DNA from: Eledone cirrhosa
Lineage: Eukaryota
DNA length: 64,000 nucleotides
Reading direction: 5' to 3'
Assembly (NCBI GenBank): GCA_964016885.1
Contig: OZ024749.1
Coordinates: 49,538,001-49,602,000 of the forward strand
Shown: positions 1 to 16,180 of the stretch, piece by piece
Numbering within the stretch: the stretch's first letter is position 1
How the letters are laid out: the number at the start of each line of letters is the position of its first letter
Notes under the pieces: model-generated
Seen by the model: the letters and a program-made list of their open reading frames with translations, nothing else
Told to the model about the DNA's origin: nothing
Database searches by the model: none
Program-made: the position numbers and the translations under genes

Positions 1-1523
<1,523 letters not shown>

Positions 1524-2339
1524 CAAGACGGAAGGCGCATTGTCACAATTCTAGTGACTGAAAGAAACGTCGGCACGTTACGTATCAAGGAAGCGCAAAT
1601 AAACAACCGATCAGAGAGAAGCGAAGTGAAATGGCTGGTTTAAGTTAACAAGCGATGCAACAACACACAACACACGCACACACACGCAAACGAGACAACT
1701 ACACACCCACACACACACACACACAGTAGCATTCCACCATACGAACATACTACACTGCCAATACAGATGAACAAGGCAACAACACACACACACACACACA
1801 CACACACTCAAGCGAGACAACACACGCACACACACACACACAGTAATATTTAACAAACAGGCAGAGAATGGACTGACAGCTAGCGCCATCCCACTCCCTC
1901 ATTCGGCCGCTGACCTCTGTACGACCGACCCCATTTCACGCGCACGCGCGCTCTGCCGAATACCTCAGATATTGAAAACAACAAACAGCGAAAGACGCGT
2001 TCCGGACTTGTCCGACAGACAACCTTTTCCCCCACCCGGAAAAAAAACCCAGATGATGGATTTGAATCCGAAATATATAGGGACTATTAAATCTCTCCCA
2101 ACGTAACTCTCTCTTGTGTTGTTATTTTTATTTTTATCCTTTATACTCTTCCCTTCATTCTACACATCTCACACATCTTATACACACCACGCATCTCAAC
2201 GTACACCCACTTACATCTCTCTCTCCACCACCGGACCTTGTTACCCGGAGATTTACCCATTTGCATTGTCGAGGCTTCCAAACGACTTAAAGATATTTAC
2301 TTATTGTTCCACAATGCTTCAAGCAAACTTCAATACTCT

Positions 2340-2340
<1 letters not shown>
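1524..2340 (+). mobile_element. 5'-truncated Penelope-like element, family B (endonuclease C-terminus plus 3' region)
   Basis: Flanked by (TA)n on both sides. Reads [30 protein letters not shown] to the stop at 1643, resembling the R-x-K-E-A...IN end of PLE GIY-YIG domains. Homologous to the inverted copy at 25769-26499. HHR-like motif at 2048-2082. Confidence 0.7.
2048..2082 (+). ncRNA. Hammerhead-like motif with non-canonical core CAGAUGA
   Basis: cc-CAGATGA-TGGAT ttga ATCC-GAAA-TATA-TA-gg. Stem II and the palindromic stem III are present, U4 is replaced by A, and stem I is very short. Confidence 0.45.
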
Positions 2341-2341
<1 letters not shown>

Positions 2342-2377
<36 letters not shown>

Positions 2378-2472
2378 CATACATATATATATATACATAT
2401 ATATATACATATATATATACATATACATACACATATATATATACATATATATATACATATATATATATATAC

Positions 2473-2503
<31 letters not shown>

Positions 2504-2869
2504 CATATATATATACATATATATATACATATATATATATACATATATATATACATATATATATATACATATATATATACATATATATATATACATATAT
2601 ATATACATATATATATATACATATATATATACATATATATATATACATATATATATACATATATATATATACATATATATATACATATATATATATACAT
2701 ATATATACATATATATATATACATATATATATATATACATATATATACATATATATATATATAATATATATATATACATATATATATATACATATATATA
2801 CATATATATATATACATATATATATACATATATATATATATAAATATATATATACATATATATATATAC

Positions 2870-2900
<31 letters not shown>

Positions 2901-3113
2901 CATACATATACATATATATATATACATATATATATATACATATATACATATATATATATACATATATATATACATATACATATATACATATATATATATA
3001 CATATACATATACATATACATATATATATATATACATATATATATATACATATACATATATATATACATATACATATATATATATATACATATATACATA
3101 TATATAGATATAC

Positions 3114-3156
<43 letters not shown>

Positions 3157-3550
3157 TCGTTATACTTGGGGAGGGTCATATTTGCGTAATATTGCCAGAA
3201 TTAATCTATATATATATATAGATATACATATACATATATATATAGATATACATATACATATATATATATATATACATATACATACATATATATATACATA
3301 TATATACATATACACACATAAATATACATATATATAGGTATACATATATACATATAAGATATACATATATATACATATATATATACATATATATATACAC
3401 ATATATATACATATATATACATATATATATATACATATATATATACAGATATATATACATATATATATACATATATATATACATATATATATACATATAT
3501 ATATACATATATATATACATATATATATACATATATATATACATATATAC

Positions 3551-3619
<69 letters not shown>

Positions 3620-3620
3620 C

Positions 3621-3673
<53 letters not shown>

Positions 3674-3685
3674 CATATAAATATA

Positions 3686-3717
<32 letters not shown>

Positions 3718-3792
3718 CATATATATATATTTATATATATGTATATATGTATACATATATATATAAATATATATTTATATATATATATATTC

Positions 3793-3828
<36 letters not shown>

Positions 3829-3829
3829 A

Positions 3830-3902
<73 letters not shown>
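2342..3902. repeat. (AT)n/(ACAT) array with a short unique island (3158-3207), ending in (GA)n
   Basis: Direct inspection. (GA)n lies at 3869-3902. Confidence 0.95.
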
Positions 3903-3905
<3 letters not shown>

Positions 3906-4158
3906 AAGACAGAGTGAGGGATTGAGAGAGAGCGAAAGAGTAATTCAAAAGAATCACCAGTCAAGTGAAAACAGAGAGGCTCATTTAAAATGGCCACCAA
4001 TAAGAGCAGCATAACAAGTAACTGATATTAGATGAATGAAGTAAGTAGTACAACAGCAGATATTGACATTTCTAGATTTCTGAAGGGGAGAAGAAATCGA
4101 TACCTCGATATATTTCCACAAACATATACACACACATTATATATATATATATATATAT

Positions 4159-4205
4159 ATGCACTCACTGATACACAATTATATATACATATATACGTAT
4201 ATACG

Positions 4206-4243
<38 letters not shown>

Positions 4244-4360
4244 GCAGTCACTGATACACAATTATATATACATATATACGTATATATTATATATATATAT
4301 ATATATATGTATATGCAGTCACTGATACACAATTATATATACATATATACGTATATATTA
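4159..4360. repeat. Minisatellite, three copies of atgca(c/g)tcactgatacacaattatatatacatatatacgtat separated by (AT)n
   Basis: Units start near 4159, 4242 and 4312. Confidence 0.85.
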
Positions 4361-4799
4361 TATATTATATATTTACGTATATATATACATATATATATAT
4401 ACGTAAATATATAGATATCCTAAACACAATGGCAGAAATTGTGAGGTTACATAGGACACGATACACATGTCATCTGTATCCTGCTGTCCTCTTATTATAA
4501 TCATATCCAATTCTTTTGTTCATTTTTACAACATATTCCCATTAACATATTTTCATCTTTCGTTATGTAAATCATGCGCACCAATAAATGATGTCGTATA
4601 CTAAATGAATTATCGCTTTAAAGAAGACAGCATAATAGTGAAGAAATGACTACATTTTAAATTTGCTTTAGTTTACGAATACAGACGCATTAACATTTAT
4701 AGAGTTAGTTTTATTCATATGTATAAATTGCCCTTCGTGGCGATATCTATGCGTTAGTTTAATGATTGAACCAGATACCTTCTTGCTGGTGGTCAATAA

Positions 4800-4990
4800 C
4801 TAATTGTTTCTACTTTAGGCACAAGGCCAGCAATTATCCAGTGCATTACTGGTACTTTATTTTATGGACCCCGTAACGATGAAAGGCAAAGTTAACCTCG
4901 GCGGGATTTGAACTCAGATCGTAAAGGGACGTAACTATGCTGGAAAGCATGGCGTCCGACCCTCTACTGATACTGCCAATCCACCGCCCT
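4800..4990 (-). mobile_element. tRNA-derived SINE, subfamily 1, full length
   Basis: A-box-like TGGCAGTATCAG and B-box-like GAGTTCAAATCC on the minus strand. TSD ctggtggtcaataa at 4786-4799 and 4989-5002. Confidence 0.92.
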
Positions 4991-5457
4991 GGTGGTCAAT
5001 AAATGATGTCATATAATAGTGAGAGATGTGGAGATAAAGAGAGATTGAGGCAGTGATCTAAGAGAGAGAAGATAACGCACACTCTCAGTTGATAAGACAC
5101 CGGTAGATGTTATATTATAGATTATTTAAAATCAAATAATATTTTAACATCTCTAGAAAACAGACATTCCAGAACCCAGAGCAAACACATCTAATTCCAT
5201 ATATATTTCAAGGACAATTTAATCGTCGTCATGCCATGTGGCGATTGATAAATAAATATGAAAAAATGATTTTCAAAAAAGTGTTTTGATGAAATTATAT
5301 ATAATATATTGGAACTATGTGTGCCTACATAAAAAGGGAAATATTCATAGGAATAATTAAGAATATATACATATATTATAATAATGGCCATATTAAATTT
5401 TTGAATACACACACACACATATATATCTATATATCTATCTATATATATATATATATA

Positions 5458-5791
5458 CTCTGATATGCCCAGTTACTGGTTGGCTTCCTCAGTGAAATAA
5501 CAACCCAACCAGGAACTGGGCATATCAGAGGATTGACAAAATTATACACCTCAACAACGTAAGTACTTGTCTATACCACACTAATTCAAACTGCCTGAAG
5601 AGGTCACAGCCAAAGATGGCTGTCACTGAAATATATATAGCAGTAATAAACGAAGCTAAATTTTAAACATTTGACTTTTTATTTAACTTTATTTTACATT
5701 ACTCCAGAGTAACCAAACCAACCTGCACACTTCGCCGAGTGCTCCAGCCTGCATACTGAGGTGTTGGTGTACAACCAACATATACTCAAAA

Positions 5792-5795
<4 letters not shown>
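5458..5795 (+). mobile_element. Non-coding PLE-type fragment (family D): 5' hairpin plus hammerhead, inside (TA)n
   Basis: 26-bp inverted repeat at 5458-5483/5505-5530 with 1 mismatch. HHR at 5590-5644. (TA)n on both sides. Confidence 0.65.
5590..5644 (+). ncRNA. Type I hammerhead ribozyme (minimal, palindromic stem III)
   Basis: actgc-CTGAAGA-ggtcacagcca aaga tggctgtcact-GAAA-tatata-TA-gcagt. Stem I is 5 bp and the predicted cleavage is AUA after 5639. Confidence 0.8.
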
Positions 5796-8462
<2,667 letters not shown>

Positions 8463-8554
8463 ACGAAGGAAATGTGGTAAGGAACCAGGTGGACCATAAC
8501 GCACCAAAGTACTCAATACTTGAGGTAGTAGAGTGGGTAATAGGAACCAGTAAG

Positions 8555-8648
8555 ACCCCGACAGCTGAGCTCAAGCCGTTTCGACGGCTAATTCTGGACT
8601 AAATGAACATTTATCCTGGTATTTAAATAGCCGATCTTCTCAAGGGGT
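8555..8648 (-). ncRNA. Type I hammerhead ribozyme with U3:A8 core (UUGAGAA)
   Basis: Minus strand: acccc-TTGAGAA-GA(T)CGGCTA...TAGCCGTC-GAAA-CGGCT tgagctc AGCTG-TC-ggggt. All three stems pair and the cleavage triplet is GUC. Confidence 0.75.
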
Positions 8649-9746
8649 AATTCCATATATGGTCAAAGTGATTGTCAAAAATCAGTAGTAATTCTGTGGT
8701 TGCAAATTAGTAGGGGAGATGGTGGCTAAACCTGCCAGTAGGAGAAAGAGGGGAGGGGGTGGAGTAGACCCAATCAAGCGTTGGTAGTGCCAGCTACAGC
8801 TGGGCATGAGGTCAAAGAAGATACAGGGGAGGGGGAGGGGGAGGAAGTCGGAACGGTAGGTAGAACAATGGGGGGTAGAAATAGGAAAGAAAAAATACTG
8901 AGAGTGAAGAAAAGCAAATAAGTGTAAAGAAAAAATTAAATTCTACGACCTAGGTGTCAGGCTATTGTAGGCGAGAATAAAATAAAGAAAGAAAGAAAGA
9001 AGTAAATAAATAAATAAATAAATAAATAAGGAAATAAGTAAAAGAACTAGGTGGGACGAATTAGGCAAGGACCCTTTTAAGAGGTATAAGTACGTAAATG
9101 ATACGGTGACTGGTCAACAAAAGGGGCCAAAATACTAAAGAGACTACCACGAAATAAACAATAAAGGTTTCCATCCCGGGCCAGCAACGACCCAGTGCAG
9201 CAAAGTGAACTTGTACGACATAATAATTCTGAGTCCCGAGAAAAATATATACTAATGCTAACTCTAAAAGATCTAAAACAAGCTACATGAGAGTTCGTAC
9301 GAAATAAAGGTAGAATACGGAGAAATAAATTCAGAATCCACCCCGCCCAGAAGAAAAGCGAAGCAAGAAATACTGAAACGAAAAAAATAAGGCATAAGTG
9401 CCACTAAGAAATATAGAGGGCACAGAGAATAGTGGGAGCGGTCGGAAAAGGGGGGCAAGTATCCGGGGTCTAAGCCAACTGCTATAAAGGGCGGAGTCCG
9501 CCAAATCTATCAAAGACTAGGGGAGGGGGGAGTGGGGGTACTAAGGCTACATGGGGCCAGAGGGCAGCCTCGGGTGGGCGAGAAAAGACGCCGACAAAGG
9601 AGAAGAGCTGGGGTAGAAGGACAAAGGAGAGAGGGGGGAAGGAAATAAAGGAAGCGATAAAAGAATACAAAGAAGATCTTACGTCTTCCTTGGCAAGCAG
9701 GGGTTACCCATTGCAAAATCGGCAACTGGGGTGTTATAGCCCTAGT

Positions 9747-10119
9747 CTACCCCCCCGGGTCATTATGGGGTTTGAGGGCGAGGTAAGTCCTACGCAATCT
9801 ATGTTTACATGCAGTAACCAGTTCATCTTTCTTGTTTAGGAGTTGGTCCGTCGAAAACAGCATTTGTAAAGTTTCCTCCGAGCATAAATTGCACGGACGG
9901 CGTCCTCCCGTGTAAGAATTGGCTCTGGACAGTAATCTCCAAGTGAGATCATAGGTGATGTTGTTGTCCTTGAGGTCCCATATGTGGCCCGAAAGTGTAG
10001 TGGCGTGACGCCGGGCCGGGTTTCGGAAGGTATGTCTATGTTGGTATAGCCGGGTCTTGAAGTCACATGCGGTAAGTCCTATATAGGCTTTGTTGGAGGT
10101 ATCCGTCCTCACGTTGCAC
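9747..10119 (-). pseudogene. GIY-YIG endonuclease domain (C-terminus of the PLE ORF), truncated upstream of YIG
   Basis: CNVRTDTSNKAYIGLTACDFKTRLYQHRHTF...LSGHIW...CNLCSEE...LLNKKDELVTACKH: YIG, catalytic R/E/N pattern and a CxxC...CxH motif. The remnant is open to its stop codon, but the RT part is missing. Confidence 0.85.
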
Positions 10120-10147
10120 GAGCTCAGCTGTCGGGGTCTTACTGGTT

Positions 10148-10220
<73 letters not shown>

Positions 10221-10250
10221 TATATATATATAATATATATATATATATAT

Positions 10251-12346
10251 AGGTGCTAGCAAAGAGGTTGACGCTTGTCATGGGCAACCTGGTGGGAGAT
10301 GCGCAGACATGTGCTATCCCGTCCAGGTCCATCCGCGACAACCTCCACCTCATGCGATACATCATAGAGAGGGTTGGGAACGAACCCGGCTTTTTGGGGC
10401 CCTGAGCAACTTGGATCAATCTAAGGCGTTCGATAGGGTAGACCATGGTTCCCTGAATGCGGTGCTAGCGGCGGCAGGTTTCGGACCCGTTTTCAGGGTC
10501 TGGATCAATGACATGTACAGCAGCCGCATCTGCTCCATGGTGAAGGTGAACGGCTACCTCTCGGAGCCGTTCGAAATCGCGTGGTCCATCCGACAAGTGT
10601 GCTCTCTCGCCTCCCTTCTGTTTGTAATGACTCTAGAGCCACTGCTGCGGAAGTTGGAGTTGTTTCAGGGCATCCCGTTGGAACCGGGATTGCGGAAAGC
10701 GGTGTCGTCCTACGCCGACGACGTAACGGTGATGGTGTCGACGCCCTCGGAAATCGGGGCGGTCGACAACTTACTGGAGGAGTACAACATGTTTACAGGG
10801 GCTAAGCTGAACCGGGACAAGTCGAAGGGTCTGCAACTCGGCACATGGAGGGGAAGATCGATGCCCTCCGATGGCGTCGTCGGGCGCTGGACGGAGGACC
10901 CGGTGAAGTTGCTCGGGGTCTGGTTCGGACCAGACCTCCAGGTGGAGAAGAACTGAGGTGAGGTAACGAACAGGGTGTTTGCACTGACCCAGACGTAGGC
11001 CGAGTGCAAACTGTCCATGAAATGTCGGGCGGAGGTGGCGAACACTTATATAGCGTCCGTCATCTACTACCGCCTGACCGTTGTGACTTGCCCAAGGGAA
11101 ACGCTCGCCAAAATGGAGCGCGCAATCTTCCAATTCATTTGGAAGAAGCGGGCTCCTATGGTGTGGAGATCCATCTGCTGTCAACACCCTTCGAAAGGAG
11201 GGCTGGGAATGCCTTGGCTAATGATACGTAAACACGCATTAAGGCTACGGCACCTCCAGGTATGCCTCACTGGTCAACCGGTGTGGGCCCCGTTTGTGAG
11301 GTGAGCTATTCTCAGACTCGTCTCACTCACCGAGCTGCAATCCTGGGTCAAGCAAAGACCGAGAAAACTGGGCGCCTGGCACACCGAGTGTGCCTAGGCG
11401 CTCACGGTTCTCTGGCAGACGAGGCTGTCAGTGGAGAATCCACCTCGTCATTCTATAGTGGGCTGGTGGTTAGCAGGTGCGACAACGCCCTCGGAGAAGC
11501 CCTAGGCATGGAGGAAGACGAACTGGCCAACCTGTTCGGAAGGACATTCAGCCCGGGACCCATGGATAACATCCAGGGGTCCCTGGCCTGGCAGTGCTAC
11601 CGAAAGGCTCTGCCCGTTCAAGAAAGGCTCTCCAGACACGGACGCCCGGGTAGGGACCCCTCGAAAAAGATCTGTCCCAGATGCGTGTGCGATGAGGAAA
11701 CCGTTGCACACGCATTGGTACACTGCTCGGGCATTGCCGATCTGTGGGGCTATGTCGAACAACTGCTGTCAAGGGTGGGACCGATCCGGTTGACCACCGA
11801 GTCTATTGTAACGATCAAGCCGCCTCCCCTCTTCAAAAACGAAGGAGAGGCGGTGTTTCTGTGCGTAATAGCCATGGCGAAAGTGCTGTATGGTGGACGC
11901 GTCTGAAAGGACTGAGGTTAGACATCTTTCTCTCTGGCCAACAACTGGTCCGTTTCTTCCAATATCATTTCGGAAGAAGGATCAGGATGGAGAGAGAGGT
12001 GCTGCACGCCAGCCGTTTATATGAAAGATGGGTGAAAGTGGCGAGTATGACCCGTGTGAATGGGCCTTCACTCTACATCAGACTATAGGTGATGAAGAGG
12101 AAAGATCAAGGGAGCACACCCTCTCTGTGCTCCTGAGGAGAAGGGTTGCACACTTTTTTTCGGGGGTGTGTGCGACCCCTCAAGGCGCCTCCTCCCTATG
12201 GAGGATTTTGTTATAAAATTTATTTTGTTATATTTTATTTTATTTTATATTTTGTTATTGCCTCCTCCTTATTGAGGACGCCTTGTTATGTAAACTCCCC
12301 CCATTGTACTTTGTCCCACTTTTTGATGCCCTGGTGGCAAATAAAA
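10251..12346 (+). mobile_element. 5'-truncated L1/Tx1-type non-LTR retrotransposon (ORF2 remnant plus 3' UTR)
   Basis: Starts abruptly after (TA)n, has RT motifs, AATAAA at 12340-12345, then a TCTA/TA-rich flank. Confidence 0.9.
10253..12088 (+). pseudogene. Reverse transcriptase and CCHC zinc knuckle, disrupted by frameshifts and stops
   Basis: VLAKRL...QTCAIPSRSIRDNL, LDQSKAFDRVDH, RQVCSLASLLF, YADD, KLLGVWF, GGLGMP and CPRC-x8-H-x4-C occur across several frames. Stops at 10954 and 10996. Confidence 0.92.
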
Positions 12347-13054
12347 TGAAAATTATTCATCTATCTATCTATTTCTATATATACTGTATATATATATATA
12401 TTAATATAACTGAAAATGAACAAAACATTCAAGAGGAAATTATATGAAATATATGTGTTTATTTATGTGATCATTGATGTGTAATGATAGAAAAGCACAG
12501 AACTTAATATAAATATAATAAAAAAAGGAGAGAAAATAAATCATAAGAACACCAAAAAGAATATCCCCAACTGTTGATTTTCTGACCTTTCTCATTCTAT
12601 TTGATGTGAAACTGATCAGGAAACCGCTCACCATGTGTTGAGACTCCCAATCATGCATCTCATTCAACATCCACCCAATTAAGTCATTCAGCTAAATCGA
12701 CGCAGCTGGGAATTGTGCAACATGCAATATTCATTTCTTCTTCACAGACGCGAATGTTTTCTGCTTTTGTTCCGAATTCCATAATACGAAAACAAATTTA
12801 TTTCAGAGATATCAGCATAGCCCAGTGAGCTTTTGAAGAAAATATGCAAAATATGAATTTTTCATCTCAACCGATAAAGCTTATTCAGCGGAAAACCGCA
12901 CGCGTATACTCACACGTTTACATGCCTCTCAACATGGCTGCACAATCTCACGCATTCACTTTTTATCTTTCTACATCATTATAGCATTCCCTCGTAAGCC
13001 TTCCCTATTTTAATAGATCTTTTCCTCTTAATCTGTATCCCCTTTTCGATCAAC

Positions 13055-13237
<183 letters not shown>

Positions 13238-13679
13238 TGTTTGTGTATATATATATATATATTTATGTTTATAGTGCTGATAATAGCGTGATAACAGTGT
13301 ATAATATAATTATATATGCACGTGATTTTGATACGTATTATCGTTTTCATATATTCGACATAATAGACAGATGCTTTAAAATAATCCGTATTTCCTAAAA
13401 TCTTCACTTGTTGTATCGACTTCCACCAATCTATTCTTTGAGATTTCGCGTATGTGGTATTAAGTTTTATACGCAGTTAGCATTGGGCTAAAACGAGGAA
13501 CAAGATTTATGAGATAATTCAAATCAGCAATTTACGAGCAGTTGTTAAAACCACATGCAATATGTTTTCGAAGAAGTGAGCATCAAGATTCGAGTCAATA
13601 TGTATTCTGTTGAATTCCAGTTATTTTTCAGTCTTGCTCTTGTATTATCCCATTTGATATATTGAAAGTAATAATAATA

Positions 13680-13712
13680 ATAATTGTCTCTGCTTTAGTT
13701 ACAAGGCCAGCA

Positions 13713-13744
<32 letters not shown>

Positions 13745-13785
13745 GTGAAAATCAATTATATCGTGCCAGTGTATTACTGGTGTTT
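13680..13785 (-). mobile_element. Diverged 3' fragment of a related SINE variant with a T-run/G-run insert
   Basis: taattgtctctgctttagttacaaggccagcaatt...ccagtgtattactggt matches the SINE tail, with T and G homopolymers inserted. Confidence 0.65.
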
Positions 13786-14835
13786 CAGTTTAATACCCAA
13801 TAAGTATGATTTCCGAAGCTAAACTCAACGAGATACTGCCAATAATATATTTTTCGAAAATGTGATTGGCCACCAGGGCCAACTTCGTTTGGGACAATAC
13901 AATGATGAATTGTATGACCAAAGGCAGTAATAAGATTCTCAATCATCTTAGAAAATTAAAATCTGTGTAAACCTAATCAGCGGCGTCACAATCGCGGCTG
14001 TTCAACATATTTCTTGGTGGATTAGACGGCAGATCATCCATCTTAACTTTCACTTCTGTCTTCATTTCGTACTTGAATATGTTAAACAGGGCTCGGTGGG
14101 AAAGGAAAGTTATTGTCCTCAAGCAATACACACTTGTGCCCCACTCAAACTTTTTACCACAGGCTTCACGTCAGAATATAGTTAATAAGAAAGCGAATCT
14201 TAAATAATATATCCTTCGTGGAAGAATCAAAGTGGCAATAGTGGTTCCCATTTTCCTATTCCAATTTTTTACTCATATGATATAATCTTTACGTTTATCA
14301 CAGTGAAGAAACAATCCTTATATGCTGATAACGATCAATTTATTTTTCTTGGGCACATAAAATAGTTTGATCACTTCTATATTCAATCTAGAGTACCAAA
14401 AATAAAAATGAAACATAGAATAGCGATATCCTTACGAATTATTATATTGATTATTTCATCAGAAGTTGAAGATAAAACAGCGTATTAAGTCATATTATAT
14501 CGATAAATTACGTATACATCCACTCATTGAATTACATTATTTTCTCCCTATATTTGTTATTTATATTAAGATCATATGATCCAAAATGTATGAAATGGAA
14601 CCCTTAAAGCCCAGGATTATTGTGTTGCAAATTATATATGAGTACAATTTCTTATGGATCAGTTTCTTAGCATTATCCTCGGTTTATTGGTTATATACGT
14701 CTGTATTCCCTGTTCACGTGATAGTTATTAACCGAATACTCAATATATCATGACATTGGTTTGTATTATTATTCGTGGATAATTCCCTTTACCTACGTTC
14801 ACGATATCATCACACTCACTCATATATATATATAC

Positions 14836-14895
<60 letters not shown>

Positions 14896-14898
14896 AAA

Positions 14899-14930
<32 letters not shown>

Positions 14931-15012
14931 GTTGCGAGGGAAAACAGAAAACAAAAAAACAAAAAGGTGGAACCGAAGAGGCAGTACACATTTTATTATT
15001 AGTTTCATGCTT

Positions 15013-15200
15013 AGGGCGGTGAATTGGCAGTATCGGTAGAGGGTAGCACATGCTTTCGAGCATAGTTACGTCCCTTTACGATCTGAGTTCAAATCCCGCC
15101 GAGGTTAACTTTAACTTCCATCCTTACGGGGTCGATAAAATATAGTACCTGTAATGTACTGGGTAATTGCTGGCCTTGTGACAAAAGTAGAAACAATTAT
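15013..15200 (+). mobile_element. tRNA-derived SINE, subfamily 1
   Basis: agggcggtgaattggcagtatcgg...gagttcaaatccc...gtagaaacaattat. Imperfect TSD attattagtt.c.tgctt at 14995-15012 and 15196-15213. Confidence 0.92.
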
Positions 15201-15235
15201 TAGTTCCCTGCTTGGGAATGGGGGTGGCGGGGTGC

Positions 15236-15263
15236 GACGTTTCGGGCATAATCCCTTCATCAG
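15236..15263 (-). ncRNA. Hammerhead core remnant, stem I broken
   Basis: CTGATGA-AGGG attatg CCC-GAAACGTC on the minus strand. A similar decayed motif lies at 43675-43701. Confidence 0.45.
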
Positions 15264-15450
15264 GAGAAAAGTTGGCACAAAGAGAGTTCCGACGGTGTGT
15301 GGGGGAGTGGTGAAAGATATTGTTTAAATAATGTTTAAAACGGGGGGGGGGGGGGGTAGGAAATAGGAAGTGTTTGGAGAGTAAACAAGTTGTTTTATAA
15401 TGGTAGAACACTGGAATATATATATATAAACATATATATGTGTGTTTCCG

Positions 15451-15489
<39 letters not shown>

Positions 15490-16180
15490 GGAATATATAT
15501 ATGTTTCTATATATTTCCGTATATATATATATATATGTTTGTGTGTCTGTATGTTTGTGCTGTCTTACCAATAAGAATACGTGCTAGTTTCATCTTTTTT
15601 TCTTAGAGTCTTATCATATTCATGAGTAACTAGCAAGAGGCCTATATTGAAAAACTAATTATGAAAGTTGATTGACCAAAGATAATGTCATATATACCAA
15701 CAAAAACTGTACATAATGCCAGTAAAAATACATGAATAAAAAAAACAAAACAATATCAATATAGGAACCTAAAGTAGTCATGTAAATAATTCATAGTCAA
15801 GTACTTAAGAATTAATTCAGAATAACTAGGCTATCTGGTAGTCTTAAACATTGTTTCGTGTGTTTGTGGCTTGCGAAAATAAACTAGAATATTGGCCGTA
15901 TATATCAATATCGGCATTCCCTTATAATTTAAATGCTATATAAATATGTGGAGTTCACTTTAAGAGAACTAATCTCATTCGAATTTAAGCTAACATTTGG
16001 TATCATATGATATCATGTGATATCCTCTGTATTGTCTTTGCTGTCAATACGATATAGGGAGAATAACAAAAGAGTAACATAGTGTCAAGATTATGAATAC
16101 TCGCTCGAACTGCCAGACGTTGAGCCATTAGCTCTTAGAGACAACATGAGTCTGATGTAGTATTATTTCTTACAAATAAC

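Larger units (their letters stand above)
8463..10151 (-). mobile_element. 5'-truncated Penelope-like retroelement, family A, with inverted terminal segment and 3' tail
   Basis: GIY-YIG ORF remnant at 9747-10119, about 1.1 kb of 3' region, and HHR at 8555-8648. 10120-10151 is the exact reverse complement of 8541-8572. The tail is 8463-8540 and both flanks are (TA)n. Confidence 0.88.

Noticed and set aside
9273-9725. Short minus-strand ORFs in the PLE 3' region
   Set aside because: They reflect purine/pyrimidine strand bias and have no recognisable domain.
10063-10446. ORF bridging the LINE antisense strand, (TA)n and the PLE
   Set aside because: Chance read-through across three unrelated segments, out of frame with the GIY-YIG remnant.
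15013-15110. tRNA gene suggested by A and B boxes
   Set aside because: The box spacing is too long, there is no cloverleaf, and it is part of a multi-copy SINE with TSDs.
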